Shown: positions 29,263 to 40,348, counted from the stretch's first letter. The stretch: 64,000 nt of DNA from Gemmatimonadota bacterium (GCA_046758745.1 JBHIAV010000006.1:23468-87467); one strand, 5' to 3'. Notes: generated from the sequence alone by a model not told the origin. Made by a program: numbers and translations.

Positions 29263-31965
29263 TCAGCGCTCCTTGCAGTCGTACCAGCTCTTGCCGACAG
29301 CGCAGTCGACCCGGAGCGGGACATCCATCTCGATGGCACCCTCCATCTCCTCCCGCACCGACGCCCGTAGCTCCCGCACATCGCTCTCCGGCACCTCGAA
29401 CAGCAGCTCATCGTGCACCTGGAGCAGCATGCGGCAGCGGGTGCCGGCGAGCCGTCGGTGCAGCCGGATCATCGCGACCTTGATCAGGTCGGCCGCCGTA
29501 CCCTGAATGGGAGAATTCGTCGCCGTGCGCTCCCCGAAGCCCCGCATGCCCGGATTGGGAGAGCGGATCTCGGGTATGTAGCGCCTCCGGCCGAGCAGGG
29601 TCTCGACGTATCCTTTCTCCCGCGCCTCTTCCTTCATGCGCTCCAGATAGTCGCGGACGCCGCTGAAGCGGTCGAAGTACTGTTGGATGAAGGTCTGCGC
29701 CTCGGCGCGGGAGATGCGGAGCTGGCCGGCCAGGGCCACCGGTCCCTGACCGTAGATGGTCGCGAAGTTGATCGTCTTCGCCTGGTCCCGCATACCCGGC
29801 GTCACCGCCTCCGGCTCCACCCCGAAGATGAGCGCCGCCGTGTCTCGGTGAATGTCCCGACCCTCCCGGAAGGCTTTCACGAACGACGGGTCCCCGGAGA
29901 GGTGGGCGAGCACGCGAAGCTCGATCTGAGAGTAGTCGGCCGACAGGAAGACCCAACCCTCCTCCGGCACGAACCCCCTGCGGATCTCGCGACCCAGTGC
30001 AGAACGGACCGGGATGTTCTGCAGGTTCGGGTCCGAGGACGAGAGGCGACCCGTAGCCGTGACGGTCTGATTGAACCTCGTATGAAGGCGCCCCGTCCCC
30101 GGATTCACCATCGCCGGCAGCTTCATCACGTATGTCGAGTTGAGCTTGTCCAGCTCCCGATGCTCCAGGATCAGCCGGGGGACCTCATGGCCCTGCATGG
30201 CCAGGGTCGTCAGGACGCTCTCGTCCGTCGAAGGACCGGTCTTGGTGCGGCGTACGACCGGCAGACCCAGCCGGTCGAACAGGAGCTCGCGCAGCTGCGG
30301 AACGGAGCGAAGGTTCACCTCTCCCCCGGCCAGCTTCTGGATCTCCTGCTCCACCAGCTCGATCTCGCGCGCCATGCGAGCCGCGAGAGATTCGAAAAAA
30401 GCGAGGTCGATGCGGATCCCGGCTCGCTCCATCGCCGCCAGCACCGGCACCAGCGGCATCTCGACCTCATCGAGTAGCTTGCGCATGGCGTGCTGCTCCA
30501 GCTCCCGCTCGAGCAGGCCCGTGAGACGGAGGGTGTAGTCTGCGCGCACGGCGGCGTACCTCACGGCGCGCTCGGGCGGCACCTCGGCGTAGGGGATCCG
30601 GCTGCGCCCGCTGCCGCACACTTCATCGCGAGTCGGCAGCCTACGGTCGAATCGTTCGAGGGCGAGCAGCTCGAGGCCATGCCCCCTCTTGCCCGGGTCG
30701 AGGCAGTAGGAGGCGATCGAGGTGTCGAAAGCGATCCCGTCCAGCGACACGCCCGCCCGCCCCAGCACGACCAGGTCGTACTTGATGTCGTGACCACTCT
30801 TCGCGAGGTGGGGGTCGGCCAGGAGCTCTCTCAGAGACGACAACGGCGGCGAGTCGATCGACGGGAGGTTGGCAGGAGCCTCGCCGGCGAGGGCCAAAGA
30901 GGGGTCGTCCGTCTCATCGAGGTTCGTGGCGGGCCGCCGGTGCGCGAAGGGCATGTACCAGGCTCGCCCGCTCTCGGCTGCCAACGCCAGCCCCACCACC
31001 CGGGCACGCATCGGATCAGGAGAGTCTCCCTCCACTGCCACCGCAACTCTCTCGGAGCGCCGAGCTTCCGCGATCGCTCTTCGCAGGTCGTCCTCCCGGG
31101 CGATGAGGGCGTAGCCGTTCTCCGGAGCACTCCGCCTCCCTCCGTCCTCCTCCGGACCGCAACCTCGCACGAGCGAGTGGAATTCGAGCTCGATGAAAAG
31201 CTCACGCAGCCTCTTTCGGTCGGGGGACTCGCGCCGGAGGGATTCCAGATCGAGCGCCACGGGAGCATCCCGGCGGATCGTCACGAGCTTCTTGGAGAGC
31301 TGCGCTTCCTCAGCGTGCTCTTCGAGCGCTCGGCGCACGCGCGCGCTGGTGATCTCGTCGCGCCGTGCGAGAATCTCCTCCAGAGTTCCCAGCTGCTCGA
31401 TGAGCTTCGGCGCCGTCTTCCCCCCGATCCCCCGCACACCGGGGACATTGTCCGAGCTGTCTCCGATGAGCGCGAGGTAGTCGGTGACGCGCTCGGGCGG
31501 CACTCCGAGACGCTCCGCCGCGTTGGCCGACGTCACCCACTCCTCGCCTATCCCGGCCGGTCCACCGCGCCCCGGGTTCAGGAGGCAGGTGCGCTCGTCG
31601 ATGAGCTGGTAGAAGTCCTTGTCTCCCGAAACGATGACGGTGCACAGCCCCCGCTCGGCCGCCTGCACGGCCAAGGTACCGATGACGTCGTCGGCCTCCC
31701 AACCGTCGATCTCGATCACCGGGATGCGGAACGCGCGCACGATCTCCCGGCAGCGCGGAAGCGAGGCCGCCAGCTCGTCGGGCATCTTCTCGCGCGTTCC
31801 CTTGTATTCCTCAAACAGCTCGCCGCGAAAGCTGTCCCCCGCATCGAGCACCACCCCTATGTAGTCGGGACTCCGCTCCTCGAGAAGCCGCATCAGGAAC
31901 CTCGAGAGGCCGTAGGGAGCGGATGTGTTCTCGCCGGATGCGGTGGTGAGCGGGCGGCTGATCAT
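29263..31965 (-). CDS. polA: DNA polymerase I
   Basis: 5'-3' exonuclease, 3'-5' exonuclease-like and polymerase domains, with a collinear match to E. coli PolA (GYEADDVIGTLA ... HDELLFEV). The conserved N-terminal strand TLYLIDGHALIYRAFFA is encoded in frame upstream of this ATG without a canonical start. Confidence 0.9.
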   Translation of the reverse strand: MISRPLTTASGENTSAPYGLSRFLMRLLEERSPDYIGVVLDAGDSFRGELFEEYKGTREKMPDELAASLPRCREIVRAFRIPVIEIDGWEADDVIGTLAVQAAERGLCTVIVSGDKDFYQLIDERTCLLNPGRGGPAGIGEEWVTSANAAERLGVPPERVTDYLALIGDSSDNVPGVRGIGGKTAPKLIEQLGTLEEILARRDEITSARVRRALEEHAEEAQLSKKLVTIRRDAPVALDLESLRRESPDRKRLRELFIELEFHSLVRGCGPEEDGGRRSAPENGYALIAREDDLRRAIAEARRSERVAVAVEGDSPDPMRARVVGLALAAESGRAWYMPFAHRRPATNLDETDDPSLALAGEAPANLPSIDSPPLSSLRELLADPHLAKSGHDIKYDLVVLGRAGVSLDGIAFDTSIASYCLDPGKRGHGLELLALERFDRRLPTRDEVCGSGRSRIPYAEVPPERAVRYAAVRADYTLRLTGLLERELEQHAMRKLLDEVEMPLVPVLAAMERAGIRIDLAFFESLAARMAREIELVEQEIQKLAGGEVNLRSVPQLRELLFDRLGLPVVRRTKTGPSTDESVLTTLAMQGHEVPRLILEHRELDKLNSTYVMKLPAMVNPGTGRLHTRFNQTVTATGRLSSSDPNLQNIPVRSALGREIRRGFVPEEGWVFLSADYSQIELRVLAHLSGDPSFVKAFREGRDIHRDTAALIFGVEPEAVTPGMRDQAKTINFATIYGQGPVALAGQLRISRAEAQTFIQQYFDRFSGVRDYLERMKEEAREKGYVETLLGRRRYIPEIRSPNPGMRGFGERTATNSPIQGTAADLIKVAMIRLHRRLAGTRCRMLLQVHDELLFEVPESDVRELRASVREEMEGAIEMDVPLRVDCAVGKSWYDCKER

Positions 31966-32149
31966 GGCGAAGAACGCCCGGTAGATGAGGGCGTGGCCGT
32001 CGATCAGATAGAGAGTGGGGCGGCCGACCAGCTCGGCCGGAACGTCGGACAGGGCAGGCAGGGTGAGTCTACCGCTTCACGCGGTCGTCGAGCCGCGTTT
32101 CCGGCATTACCCAGCTTCCGATCGGGCGGAGGGTTCGAGGGCGGACACG

Positions 32150-32350
32150 CTAAAGCTGCCGCACGTTCGCGGCCTGCGGTCCCCTCTCTCCCTCACGGAT
32201 CTCGAACTCGACCTCCGCCCCTTCCACCAGCGTCTTGTATCCCTCCATCACGATCGCGCTGTAGTGGACGAAGACGTCCGGTGCGCCTTCCACCTCGATG
32301 AAGCCGTATCCCTTGGCCTCGTTGAACCACTTGACCCTGCCTCTCGGCAT
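32150..32350 (-). CDS. cspA: cold-shock protein CspA family
   Basis: 66 aa [18 protein letters not shown]...VFVHYSAI, with RNP1 and RNP2 motifs. Confidence 0.92.
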   Translation of the reverse strand: MPRGRVKWFNEAKGYGFIEVEGAPDVFVHYSAIVMEGYKTLVEGAEVEFEIREGERGPQAANVRQL

Positions 32351-32394
32351 GTCACGAGCCTCCTGAGGGGTAGCATGTCGAGTTCCGCCCGATG

Positions 32395-34722
32395 CTACCC
32401 GCCGTCCTCTCGACCGTCAACGCTCGCCCCCTCGAGCCCGTACAGCCGGCGATACACGTACACGGCGACGTACACCGCCTTCAAGTATCGCCGCGTCTCG
32501 CTGAACGGGATGCGCTCGATGAACAGCTCCTCGTCGGCCTTGAACTCCGGGAACTGCCTCCACCGCACGAGGCGGTGCGGACCAGCGTTGTAGGAGGCGA
32601 GGGCCGCCGCAAGTGAACCGAACCGGTCCAGCAAGTCGCGAAGGTAGCGGCTCCCGAGTGTCATGTTGACCTCCGGTACGACGAGCTGGTCCAGGCTGAA
32701 CTCCGACAGGCCCACCTGCCCGGCCAGCGCGCGGGCCGTGCGAGGAATCAGCTGCATGAGACCGACCGCGCCCGCCGTCGATACCGCACGGCTGTCGAAG
32801 ATCGACTCCCGGTGGACGAGCCCGGACACGAGGGCCGGGTCGAGCCTCTCGCGCGCCGACACCGCCTCGATCGCTCGTCGAAACCGAAGCGGGTAGGCCG
32901 CCCGGATGAGCCTCAGGCTCCACGGTCGCCCCCGCGTCCGGTGCAGCCCTCGCGCGATGGCAGATCCCTGCCAGGTCCAGCCGGCTGCGTTGAGCGCCTC
33001 GGCGAGGCGCAGACGATCCTCGGCGGACTCGGCGCGCCCGTGTCTCGCCTCGCGGAGCTCGATGAGGGCGCGTCCCTTCCAGCCGAGCGACTGGAGGAGC
33101 GACATGCGATCGATCAGCGTGCGGTGGTCCGGCCCCGGCAGCGCGGTGCTTCCCGACGCGGGCAAGCCACGCCAGGGGTCGTCGCCGGAACGGAGGGCGG
33201 CGCGGATTCCGTAATAGCCGACGGGGTCGTGGGCGAGCTCCCGGTACAGCCGCCGGGCGGCCGCGCTGTCCCCCATCATCTCCCTGGCGCGCGCCTCCCA
33301 GTAGGCGGCGGCCCGGTACCAGTTCCCCGCGGGGAAGCGTCGCTGGTAGTCCGCGAGACGCCCCGCGGCGGTCTCATGGTCGCCCTCCAGGAAGTCCAGC
33401 ATGGCGAGACGGAAGAGCGCCGTGCCCGCGAAGGAGGAGCGGGGGAAGGCGAGGAGAGTGCCCTCGTATCCCTGCCGCGCCGCATCCAGGTCGCCGTCCT
33501 CGTGAGCCACATCTGCGACTAGGAAGGAGGCGTAGGGGGCGTTCGGTCCGGGCCGGCTCGCGGCTTCTCTCCACGCGTCCACCGCCCGCTCCCGTTGCCC
33601 GCCCCGGTAGCGAGCCCGACCCACGAGGAACCACATCTCTCCGAGCGTCTCGCCGCCCGGCGTGACCCGCTCAGACCGGGCCCTACCGAGCCAGCCGGCG
33701 AGCCCCGCGCTGACCTCACGGTACGCCCCGGCTCGGAAGCGCGCCTCGGCCAGCCGCAGGGCTAGGACGGCGCGACGCTCCGGCGGTGCGCCGGCGATGA
33801 GCCGACGCAACAGGACGGCTGCCCGGCCGGCGCGACCCGCGCGCCGATCCGACTCCGCGACGGCGCGGAGAACGACCGTGCCGGAGTCAAGCACGAGCAG
33901 GAGGCGGCCGACCTCCGGATTCGCGCCCCTCTCCTCCAGGGCGGCTCGCAGCTCGCGGATCGCTCCCGTCGTGTCGCCCCTGGCAAGCCGGGCCGGCGCC
34001 GTCCACTGCGCGGCCAGGGCGGAGCGGGCGCGCGGGGCGAGCTCGGCAGCCGCGGCCAAGCCGTGGGAAGGGTCGCCGGCCCGGAAGGCCGCCAGGGCGA
34101 GCTCTCGTCGCACCGAGTCACCGGGCACCACATGATCCGCGAGGAGCTTCCCGGCAAGAGCCCGCGCACCTGCCGTGTCCCCTCCCTCGGAGCGAGCCTG
34201 CAGCGCGGAGAGCAGAAGCCACGAGGCGACCTCCGGGCTCTCGCTCGCGGCGCTCTCGAACTGGTCGGCCGCCTGCACACGCCGCCCGGAGCGAAGGAGC
34301 GCGCGCGCGTACCCGATGCGGCCGGCCAGGCGCATTCGGGCCGCCGATCCGGCTCTGCCCGGCCCGCCGAGGTAGAGCTCATAGTGCTTTAGGGCGGCCG
34401 ACAGGCTGTCCATCTCCAGCATCGCGCGGGCGAGCGCCAGGCGCCCCGCCCCTCCCTGCACGGAATCGAGCCACGCACGCCCGATGAGCAGGCGGCGAAC
34501 GGCGGTCCAGTGCCTGGTCGCTTCGTAGGCCCGCGCGGCGAGCAGGATCAGGTCGGGTGTAGCCGTCTCGCCCATCGAGAGGAGTCGGGCGAGCCCGCGG
34601 CTGGCCGTGAGCGCCAGGCCCGCGTCGATCAGGCTGAGCGCTTCGGCCCGAGGGTCCGGCGCATCCTCCGGAAGCGGCTGGCCGACGACAAGGAAGGCCA
34701 GGAGGAGGGTCGAAGCGCTCAC
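32395..34722 (-). CDS. slt: soluble lytic murein transglycosylase (Slt70-like: superhelical N-domain plus SLT domain)
   Basis: C-terminal SLT domain ([32 protein letters not shown]). GTG start overlaps the upstream stop (GTGA) and yields a signal peptide [14 protein letters not shown]. Confidence 0.8.
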   Translation of the reverse strand: MSASTLLLAFLVVGQPLPEDAPDPRAEALSLIDAGLALTASRGLARLLSMGETATPDLILLAARAYEATRHWTAVRRLLIGRAWLDSVQGGAGRLALARAMLEMDSLSAALKHYELYLGGPGRAGSAARMRLAGRIGYARALLRSGRRVQAADQFESAASESPEVASWLLLSALQARSEGGDTAGARALAGKLLADHVVPGDSVRRELALAAFRAGDPSHGLAAAAELAPRARSALAAQWTAPARLARGDTTGAIRELRAALEERGANPEVGRLLLVLDSGTVVLRAVAESDRRAGRAGRAAVLLRRLIAGAPPERRAVLALRLAEARFRAGAYREVSAGLAGWLGRARSERVTPGGETLGEMWFLVGRARYRGGQRERAVDAWREAASRPGPNAPYASFLVADVAHEDGDLDAARQGYEGTLLAFPRSSFAGTALFRLAMLDFLEGDHETAAGRLADYQRRFPAGNWYRAAAYWEARAREMMGDSAAARRLYRELAHDPVGYYGIRAALRSGDDPWRGLPASGSTALPGPDHRTLIDRMSLLQSLGWKGRALIELREARHGRAESAEDRLRLAEALNAAGWTWQGSAIARGLHRTRGRPWSLRLIRAAYPLRFRRAIEAVSARERLDPALVSGLVHRESIFDSRAVSTAGAVGLMQLIPRTARALAGQVGLSEFSLDQLVVPEVNMTLGSRYLRDLLDRFGSLAAALASYNAGPHRLVRWRQFPEFKADEELFIERIPFSETRRYLKAVYVAVYVYRRLYGLEGASVDGREDGG

Positions 34723-36131
34723 GTATCGTCCTGCCCCGGGAGGGACTCTCGCTGCTCCGCACGGTGGCGCCGCAGCTGCTCCGCCGCCTCCCTGAGAAGG
34801 AGCCTCGAGCGCTGCGTGAGCACGAAGGTTCCGAACCCGCTCACGTCCTCGAACAGGAGGCGTACGCGGATCGGCAGCGACTCCTCGTACAGCCACTCGA
34901 TCTGGGCCCGTTCTCCGGTCCGCCGGGGAGCTCGAAGCACCTCCTTGTCGGGCTCTCCGAGCTGCACGAGCGCCCGCCCCCTGTCACTCCGCCAGCCCGG
35001 CGTGCGCGAGTCTCCGTAGCGCCGGTTCGCCTTGGTCATCCGATCGAAGTACTCGGCGAGGAACTCGTTCGCCGGCGTCTTCGGGTCCGGGTCGCTCTCG
35101 GTCCAGAACCGACCCCACAGTCTAGAGCGCTCGGCAGGTCCGGCCTCGCGCCATGCCTCCAGCGTCTCGGGCGGCACCGCATACCGGAGATGCTCCGTTG
35201 CTTCCTCGAAATCTCCGAATACCCACTGGTCCGCCAGGCCTACGAGCAGCGTCGCCCGCGACGACCGGCCATCGTCCAGCGCCTGCACCTCAATGCGAGC
35301 CAGGCCGGGGGGGAGGAGCTGTAGGGGGAGGGGCGCGATCGCGGTAGCCGGGCCCTGCTCAGCGACCCGGCCTCGCAACGTGTCTTCCCACACCCGCTCC
35401 TCCCCCACGAACGCCCGCACCAGGAAGCCTGCGCTGCCCGGAGCGTAGTCCTCGATGACCACCACCGCGGGTGCTCGGCCGTACACGGCGGTCGATCGTG
35501 GGGAGATGATCATCGGAGGCGGCTGTGCGTACTCCCGGCGGGGGGCGGCACGGTACGCCACCAGGGGAGGAGAGAGCGTGGCACCGCTCGCCCCGAAAGC
35601 CGGTACCGCGAGAGAGTAGCGGGAGGTGGCCTGGTTGCGGGTCGTGAGCTCGCGGACAAGCACGTCGACCGTGTACTCACCCGGAGGGAGGGTGACGAAG
35701 CGCTGGAAGACGATGGCTTCGTCCGTGCGGGCCGTCTCGGAGAAATCTTCCACCCGCACGATCTCGCGTCGGTTCACCGCGCGAACCGTGTCCCTGCCCG
35801 ACAGGAAGGTGAGCCTTACCTGGTAGCTGGCGGAGAAGAGGTCACCCTCCCGCGCGAAGCGGAGGGACGCGGGCGGCATTGAGGCGGCGAAGCCGACATA
35901 GGCGCTGTCAGCGGGTCCCCGCAGGATCACGAACCGCCCGACGACCGGGAGGTCGGGGTTCCCGACCACGAGGTCGAGCGCCCGGTACGTGTCCAGGAGA
36001 TCCGCCGCCGGACGGCCGCCGGCCGAGACATCGGGCGGCGACGGGACACCCGAAGCGCAGCCCACGAGGACCCCCGCCAGCCCCACGAGCAGCGTTCCCC
36101 GTACGCTCCACGCCGCCGCTCCTGCCCTCAC
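34719..36131 (-). CDS. GWxTD-domain lipoprotein
   Basis: Lipobox LVGCAS. C-terminal GWxTD motif (RTPGWRSDRGRALVQLGEPD). Confidence 0.7.
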   Translation of the reverse strand: MRAGAAAWSVRGTLLVGLAGVLVGCASGVPSPPDVSAGGRPAADLLDTYRALDLVVGNPDLPVVGRFVILRGPADSAYVGFAASMPPASLRFAREGDLFSASYQVRLTFLSGRDTVRAVNRREIVRVEDFSETARTDEAIVFQRFVTLPPGEYTVDVLVRELTTRNQATSRYSLAVPAFGASGATLSPPLVAYRAAPRREYAQPPPMIISPRSTAVYGRAPAVVVIEDYAPGSAGFLVRAFVGEERVWEDTLRGRVAEQGPATAIAPLPLQLLPPGLARIEVQALDDGRSSRATLLVGLADQWVFGDFEEATEHLRYAVPPETLEAWREAGPAERSRLWGRFWTESDPDPKTPANEFLAEYFDRMTKANRRYGDSRTPGWRSDRGRALVQLGEPDKEVLRAPRRTGERAQIEWLYEESLPIRVRLLFEDVSGFGTFVLTQRSRLLLREAAEQLRRHRAEQRESLPGQDDT

Positions 36132-36286
36132 CTCTCTCCCATCCGTCGTCAGCCTTCTTCGAGCGAGCCCCGTGTGGTTCTCCTACCCGAGCGGGAACGC
36201 GAGCGGTCCGCGCCGAACGAGAGCGGCGGCCCCCGGCATCCACCGGAAGCCGCCGCTCGAAACCGACCGTGCGCGGCCGTCCTCTC

Positions 36287-39226
36287 TTACGGAAAGTCGT
36301 ATCGAAGCCGGAACATGGTGTACCGACCCAGGTTCGGCGTTCCGACGAAGGTCGTGTACTCCTCATCGAAGAGGTTCTGGATATCGACCTGCGCGGTCAC
36401 GCCCGTCCCCGGTATCCGGTAGCCGAAGTTCAGGTCGAACACCTCATAGTTGTCGATCTCGCCGATGTAGACCCCGGAGTTGACCGGGAATCCCTTGACG
36501 AAGCGGGCCCGGACGGCCGCGTTGAAGCCGACCCCGTCGTTGCGGTAGGAGAGCGAGGCCGCACCCTTGGCCGTCGGGGCGTTCAGAGGAATCACCTCGG
36601 CGTCCGTCCCCTCGCCGGCCGTGAACTCATCATCCTCCACGAAGGAGGCCGAGACGTTGAACCGCCACTCGTCGGTGAGGAGGACCGCGGCGGAGAGGTC
36701 TCCGCCGAACAGCTCTACATCGCCGAGGTTCCGGTAGGTGAGCATGAGGGTCGCGTCCGTGGTGCCTCCCACCGTCGTCGGGGTGATCACCCCGAGCGGA
36801 ATCTGGGAGATGCTGCCGGCCAGCGCGGACGCGGTCGCGCGCGCCGTCAGCTCGTCCGGGAAGAGGATCCCGACCAGGGGGACGAGCTGAGACTGCAGGT
36901 ACGCGTCGAGCTCCTGGCCGTTCAGGAAGACGTTCGGGGTTGAGAGGCGAAGCGCCGAGACGAAGTCCTCGATCCTCGTAAAGTAGGCATTCGCCGCCAG
37001 GAGCACCCGGTTCCCGATCAGCCCCTTGTAGCCGAGCTCGAGCGTCTGGGTGGTCGACTCCTGAATGGGCGGGAGGGCGGAGATCCCCGCGAGGCCGCCG
37101 GGGGTCGGCGCGAACTGCTGGCTGTCGAGGTTGAGGGTCAGGGCGAGGATCGACACATCGGCGTCCGTCGGGGGCGCGATCGCCTGCAGCAGCCCACCCG
37201 CCTGCGGGTCGTTGGCGGACACCACGGCCACCGCCTCCGCCCACAGCTGCGGGGTCGTGGTGGGGAGGAACTCCCGCGGGCTCCCGCCGAGCAGGAGGTT
37301 GAAGGGAGACTGGTGGTCCGGAACTCCCGTCCCGAACCGGTCGCTGAAGGTGAAGCCGTCCTCCGTGGTCCCCTGCGCGCGGACGTCGTACCGGAACGGA
37401 CCTCCGAGGGGCACGGTGCCGCCCGAGATGTCGAGGAAGAGGTTGAGGGTCGTCGGCGTGGAGAACGAGCGGTTGTACGTGACCCGCAGGCTGTGCTCCT
37501 GGGTCGGTCTGAAAACGAGCGCCGCCCGGGGCGAGAAGATGAGGTCCTCCAGACGGCTGTGGTCGTCGAGCCGCGCCGCGAGCACCAGGTCCCACTGGTC
37601 GCTGAGCGTGGTCTCCGACTGGATGTAGCCGCCGACCTCTGTGATGTCGTCGTCGTCCTCGTGTCGGCCGTTGATCGTCCCCGCCGACTTCGGCACGGTG
37701 CGCAGGAGATCGAAGCCGTAGATCAGCCTCTCGCGATTCCCGATCCGCGACGCGTACTGGAGCTGGCCGACGAACAGCTCGGACTTGTCCACCAGAGGAC
37801 GCCCCGAGCGCAGGAGGAAGGTGTCATCGTTGTCGCTCTTGTTAAAGAAGAGCTGCCCGAAGAAGTCCTTGTACCGGACGCGAGCCTGCGCGTACGTGTA
37901 CCCCCAGTCGATGACCTGCCCGGCGCCGAGACCCGTGAGGTCCACGCTGCTGACCGCCTGCGTGCGTCCCCCGGAGAGGATCAGGTTGAGATCCGGGGAC
38001 GGCCTGACATCGAGCCGGCCATCGACCGTCCAGCGCTCCAGGTCGTTGTCCCGCCCGGTCGCCACGTTCCCCACGCTGGTGAGCAGCAGGTCGATGTCTT
38101 CGGGGCTCGCGCCCGGCCCGCTCACGTTGAGCCCCTGGGCGAAGGCGAGGCAGGCGGGGTTCGGGTTAAGCGGATCGAAGGCCGTCTGGAGGCATGCGCC
38201 CGCCGCTGCTCGCCCCGCTGCCTCCACCTCGTCGACGAAGCCGAAGTCCTCCGAGTTGAAGTACAGCCCCGACAGCTTGAAGCCGACCCTCTCGTCGCGG
38301 CTCTTCAGGGCGATCCGACCCTCGAAGTGCCCTACGTACTCGTCGGTAGAAGGCAGATCGACCGGCGTCTCCGGAACGCCGTCCCCGTTCAGGTCCACAA
38401 TCGTCTGATCGGAGTCCTGCTGCCTCACCCCGTTTCCCACCGCGATGGTCACGCCCGGATAGTCGATCGGAGACTTTGTCAGCGTGTGGATCACCCCGTT
38501 GGCCGCGTTGGGACCGTACAGAGCCGATCCGGGGCCGAGAACGACCTCGATCCGGTCGATGTCGAGGGTGGTCGTCGGGTTCGACAGGTGCGAGATGTTG
38601 GCGCGCAGGGAGGGAACCCGCGCGATCCGGTTGTCCGTCAGGGTAAGTGTGGCGCCCGAGAAGATGTTGTTGAAGCCGCGGACGACCGAATAGTTGCCCT
38701 GAAGCCCGGTGGTGATCACGTCGACCCCGGCCTTCTCCTTCACGTAGTCCGCGCTCGTGGTGGCCGGACGCTCGAACACGTCGCGGGCGTTGACGACCTC
38801 GATCGCCCCCGGGGCTTCCAGCACCTTCTCCTCCGTCTTGGAGGTCGTGACGGTGATCGGGTTCAGGTTGTAGCTCCGCTCGATGAGCTCCACGGCGAGA
38901 CTGGTGGTCTGTCCGGGGCTCACCGCCACCCCCTCCTCGCGCATCTCCCATCCGGGAATCGTGAAGACCAGGGTGTAGCTGCCGGCCTCCACCCCGGTGA
39001 TTCGAAAGGCCCCGTCGACGCTGGTAAACGCCCCGGCCACCGTCCCGCCGGCGGGCCCTCGCACCTCGACCTGCACGGCGGAGAGACCGGTGCCCGTGGT
39101 GGCGTCCCGCACCGTGCCCGCGATCCCGCCCGTCTGGGCCGCCAGCGGGGGCACGGACAGGAGCAGGAAGAGGAGCGACGAGAGGGAGGAAGGGTGCCAC
39201 CGGAACGCTACGTGGAACGTTCTCAT
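36287..39226 (-). CDS. TonB-dependent receptor with N-terminal carboxypeptidase-regulatory-like domain (SusC/RagA-like)
   Basis: Start at the internal ATG (MRTFHVAFRW..., signal peptide). CarboxypepD_reg domain (GTVRDATTGTGLSAVQVEV), a plug domain and a long beta-barrel. The 5' 370 codons of the ORF are Arg/Gly-rich junk. Confidence 0.8.
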   Translation of the reverse strand: MRTFHVAFRWHPSSLSSLLFLLLSVPPLAAQTGGIAGTVRDATTGTGLSAVQVEVRGPAGGTVAGAFTSVDGAFRITGVEAGSYTLVFTIPGWEMREEGVAVSPGQTTSLAVELIERSYNLNPITVTTSKTEEKVLEAPGAIEVVNARDVFERPATTSADYVKEKAGVDVITTGLQGNYSVVRGFNNIFSGATLTLTDNRIARVPSLRANISHLSNPTTTLDIDRIEVVLGPGSALYGPNAANGVIHTLTKSPIDYPGVTIAVGNGVRQQDSDQTIVDLNGDGVPETPVDLPSTDEYVGHFEGRIALKSRDERVGFKLSGLYFNSEDFGFVDEVEAAGRAAAGACLQTAFDPLNPNPACLAFAQGLNVSGPGASPEDIDLLLTSVGNVATGRDNDLERWTVDGRLDVRPSPDLNLILSGGRTQAVSSVDLTGLGAGQVIDWGYTYAQARVRYKDFFGQLFFNKSDNDDTFLLRSGRPLVDKSELFVGQLQYASRIGNRERLIYGFDLLRTVPKSAGTINGRHEDDDDITEVGGYIQSETTLSDQWDLVLAARLDDHSRLEDLIFSPRAALVFRPTQEHSLRVTYNRSFSTPTTLNLFLDISGGTVPLGGPFRYDVRAQGTTEDGFTFSDRFGTGVPDHQSPFNLLLGGSPREFLPTTTPQLWAEAVAVVSANDPQAGGLLQAIAPPTDADVSILALTLNLDSQQFAPTPGGLAGISALPPIQESTTQTLELGYKGLIGNRVLLAANAYFTRIEDFVSALRLSTPNVFLNGQELDAYLQSQLVPLVGILFPDELTARATASALAGSISQIPLGVITPTTVGGTTDATLMLTYRNLGDVELFGGDLSAAVLLTDEWRFNVSASFVEDDEFTAGEGTDAEVIPLNAPTAKGAASLSYRNDGVGFNAAVRARFVKGFPVNSGVYIGEIDNYEVFDLNFGYRIPGTGVTAQVDIQNLFDEEYTTFVGTPNLGRYTMFRLRYDFP

Positions 39227-39444
39227 AACGCGGCCTCGCAGCTGAGGGTATACGGCGGAAGTGGCTCCGGCTCCGGAGGGGCCGTTTCGACTTCCAAGGT
39301 CAACACTTCCACCATGCAACGCAAGGCTGCCCGCCCGGAGATGGGGAGGCGTGCCCGGCCGCGGAGAGGGCGGCGGCTCCGCACAACGCGAAGAGGCCCG
39401 GGAGGTCCCGGGCCCCGCTTTCGTCCATTCCGCGAAACGGCGGC

Positions 39445-40161
39445 TCAGCTCGCGGCCGCCTGCCCCCGCTCGATGCTGTGCAACGCGTCGATCATCTTCT
39501 GAGCGCTCTCTTCCATATCGATGACGAGGCGGTCGACGCGCGTGACGAAGTAGTTGTGCATCACGTTGATCGGGATCGCGATGGTGAGGCCGGTGGCGGT
39601 CGTGATGAGGGCGACCTTGATGCCGCCGGCGACGAGAGTGGCCTCCACCTCCCCGGCGATCTCGATCGCCTGGAAGGCCTGGATCATCCCGATCACCGTG
39701 CCGAGGAAGCCGAGGAGCGGCGCGACGTTGGAGAGGGTGGCGAGCCACACCAGCCCGCGCTCCAGATTCGCCACCTGGATGGCGCCCGTGTTCTCGATCG
39801 CCTGCATCACGCGCTCGGTGCCTTCGTGATGCCGCTTGAGACCTGCCTTGAGGATCTCGGCCGCGGGGGACCTGGACTCCTCGCACAGCGCCAGAGCCTG
39901 ATCGAGGCGCTGCTGGGCTATGAGACCGTCCACCTCGCCGAGCAGCTTGCGCGTGCGGGCGGCCTTCACCTGAAGGTCGAAGAACTTCCACAGGATGATG
40001 AGGACCCCGACGGCCAGGCAGAACCCGAGAGGCCACATCATGAAGCCTCCGGACTCCCAGATCTCGCCGAGATTCAGGCCTTGTCCCTGCCCGAGCGCCG
40101 GGCTCTCCTGCAGCATCCACAGCGCCGTTTGAGCCAAGCTGCCCACGGTGACCTCCGACAT
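39445..40161 (-). CDS. exbB: MotA/TolQ/ExbB proton-channel family protein
   Basis: Three TM segments, C-terminal LGFLGTVIGMIQAF. Confidence 0.8.
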   Translation of the reverse strand: MSEVTVGSLAQTALWMLQESPALGQGQGLNLGEIWESGGFMMWPLGFCLAVGVLIILWKFFDLQVKAARTRKLLGEVDGLIAQQRLDQALALCEESRSPAAEILKAGLKRHHEGTERVMQAIENTGAIQVANLERGLVWLATLSNVAPLLGFLGTVIGMIQAFQAIEIAGEVEATLVAGGIKVALITTATGLTIAIPINVMHNYFVTRVDRLVIDMEESAQKMIDALHSIERGQAAAS

Positions 40162-40348
40162 CAGGAGTAGGATCGATCCTCGCGCCCGCGGCCGGCGACA
40201 AGGGGTTCGAAGCTATTTGGCGGCCTCGCTGGCTGTCAAGTCGCGCCAAACGTCCGCTTCGGAGCGATTCCACGGGTCGAGTGAGGCCTCCGGCGGCGCT
40301 CTCCGGGGATCGAGAACCCTCCTGCTCCGCCCACACCCCCCGATCCCT

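Noticed and set aside
26982-29506. 540-aa minus ORF (26982..28604) and 781-aa plus ORF (27161..29506)
   Set aside because: Overlap the Omp85-like gene in other frames. Only the 27081 frame has a signal peptide and normal composition.
30490-32301. 603-aa plus ORF
   Set aside because: Antisense to polA.
37313-39502. 729-aa plus ORF and 36630..37595 / 38166..39200 minus ORFs
   Set aside because: Shadow frames of the TonB-dependent receptor gene.
39227-40336. N-terminal 370 codons of ORF 36287..40336
   Set aside because: Arg/Gly/Pro-rich extension upstream of the real signal-peptide start. It runs across the exbB gene in another frame and is not coding.
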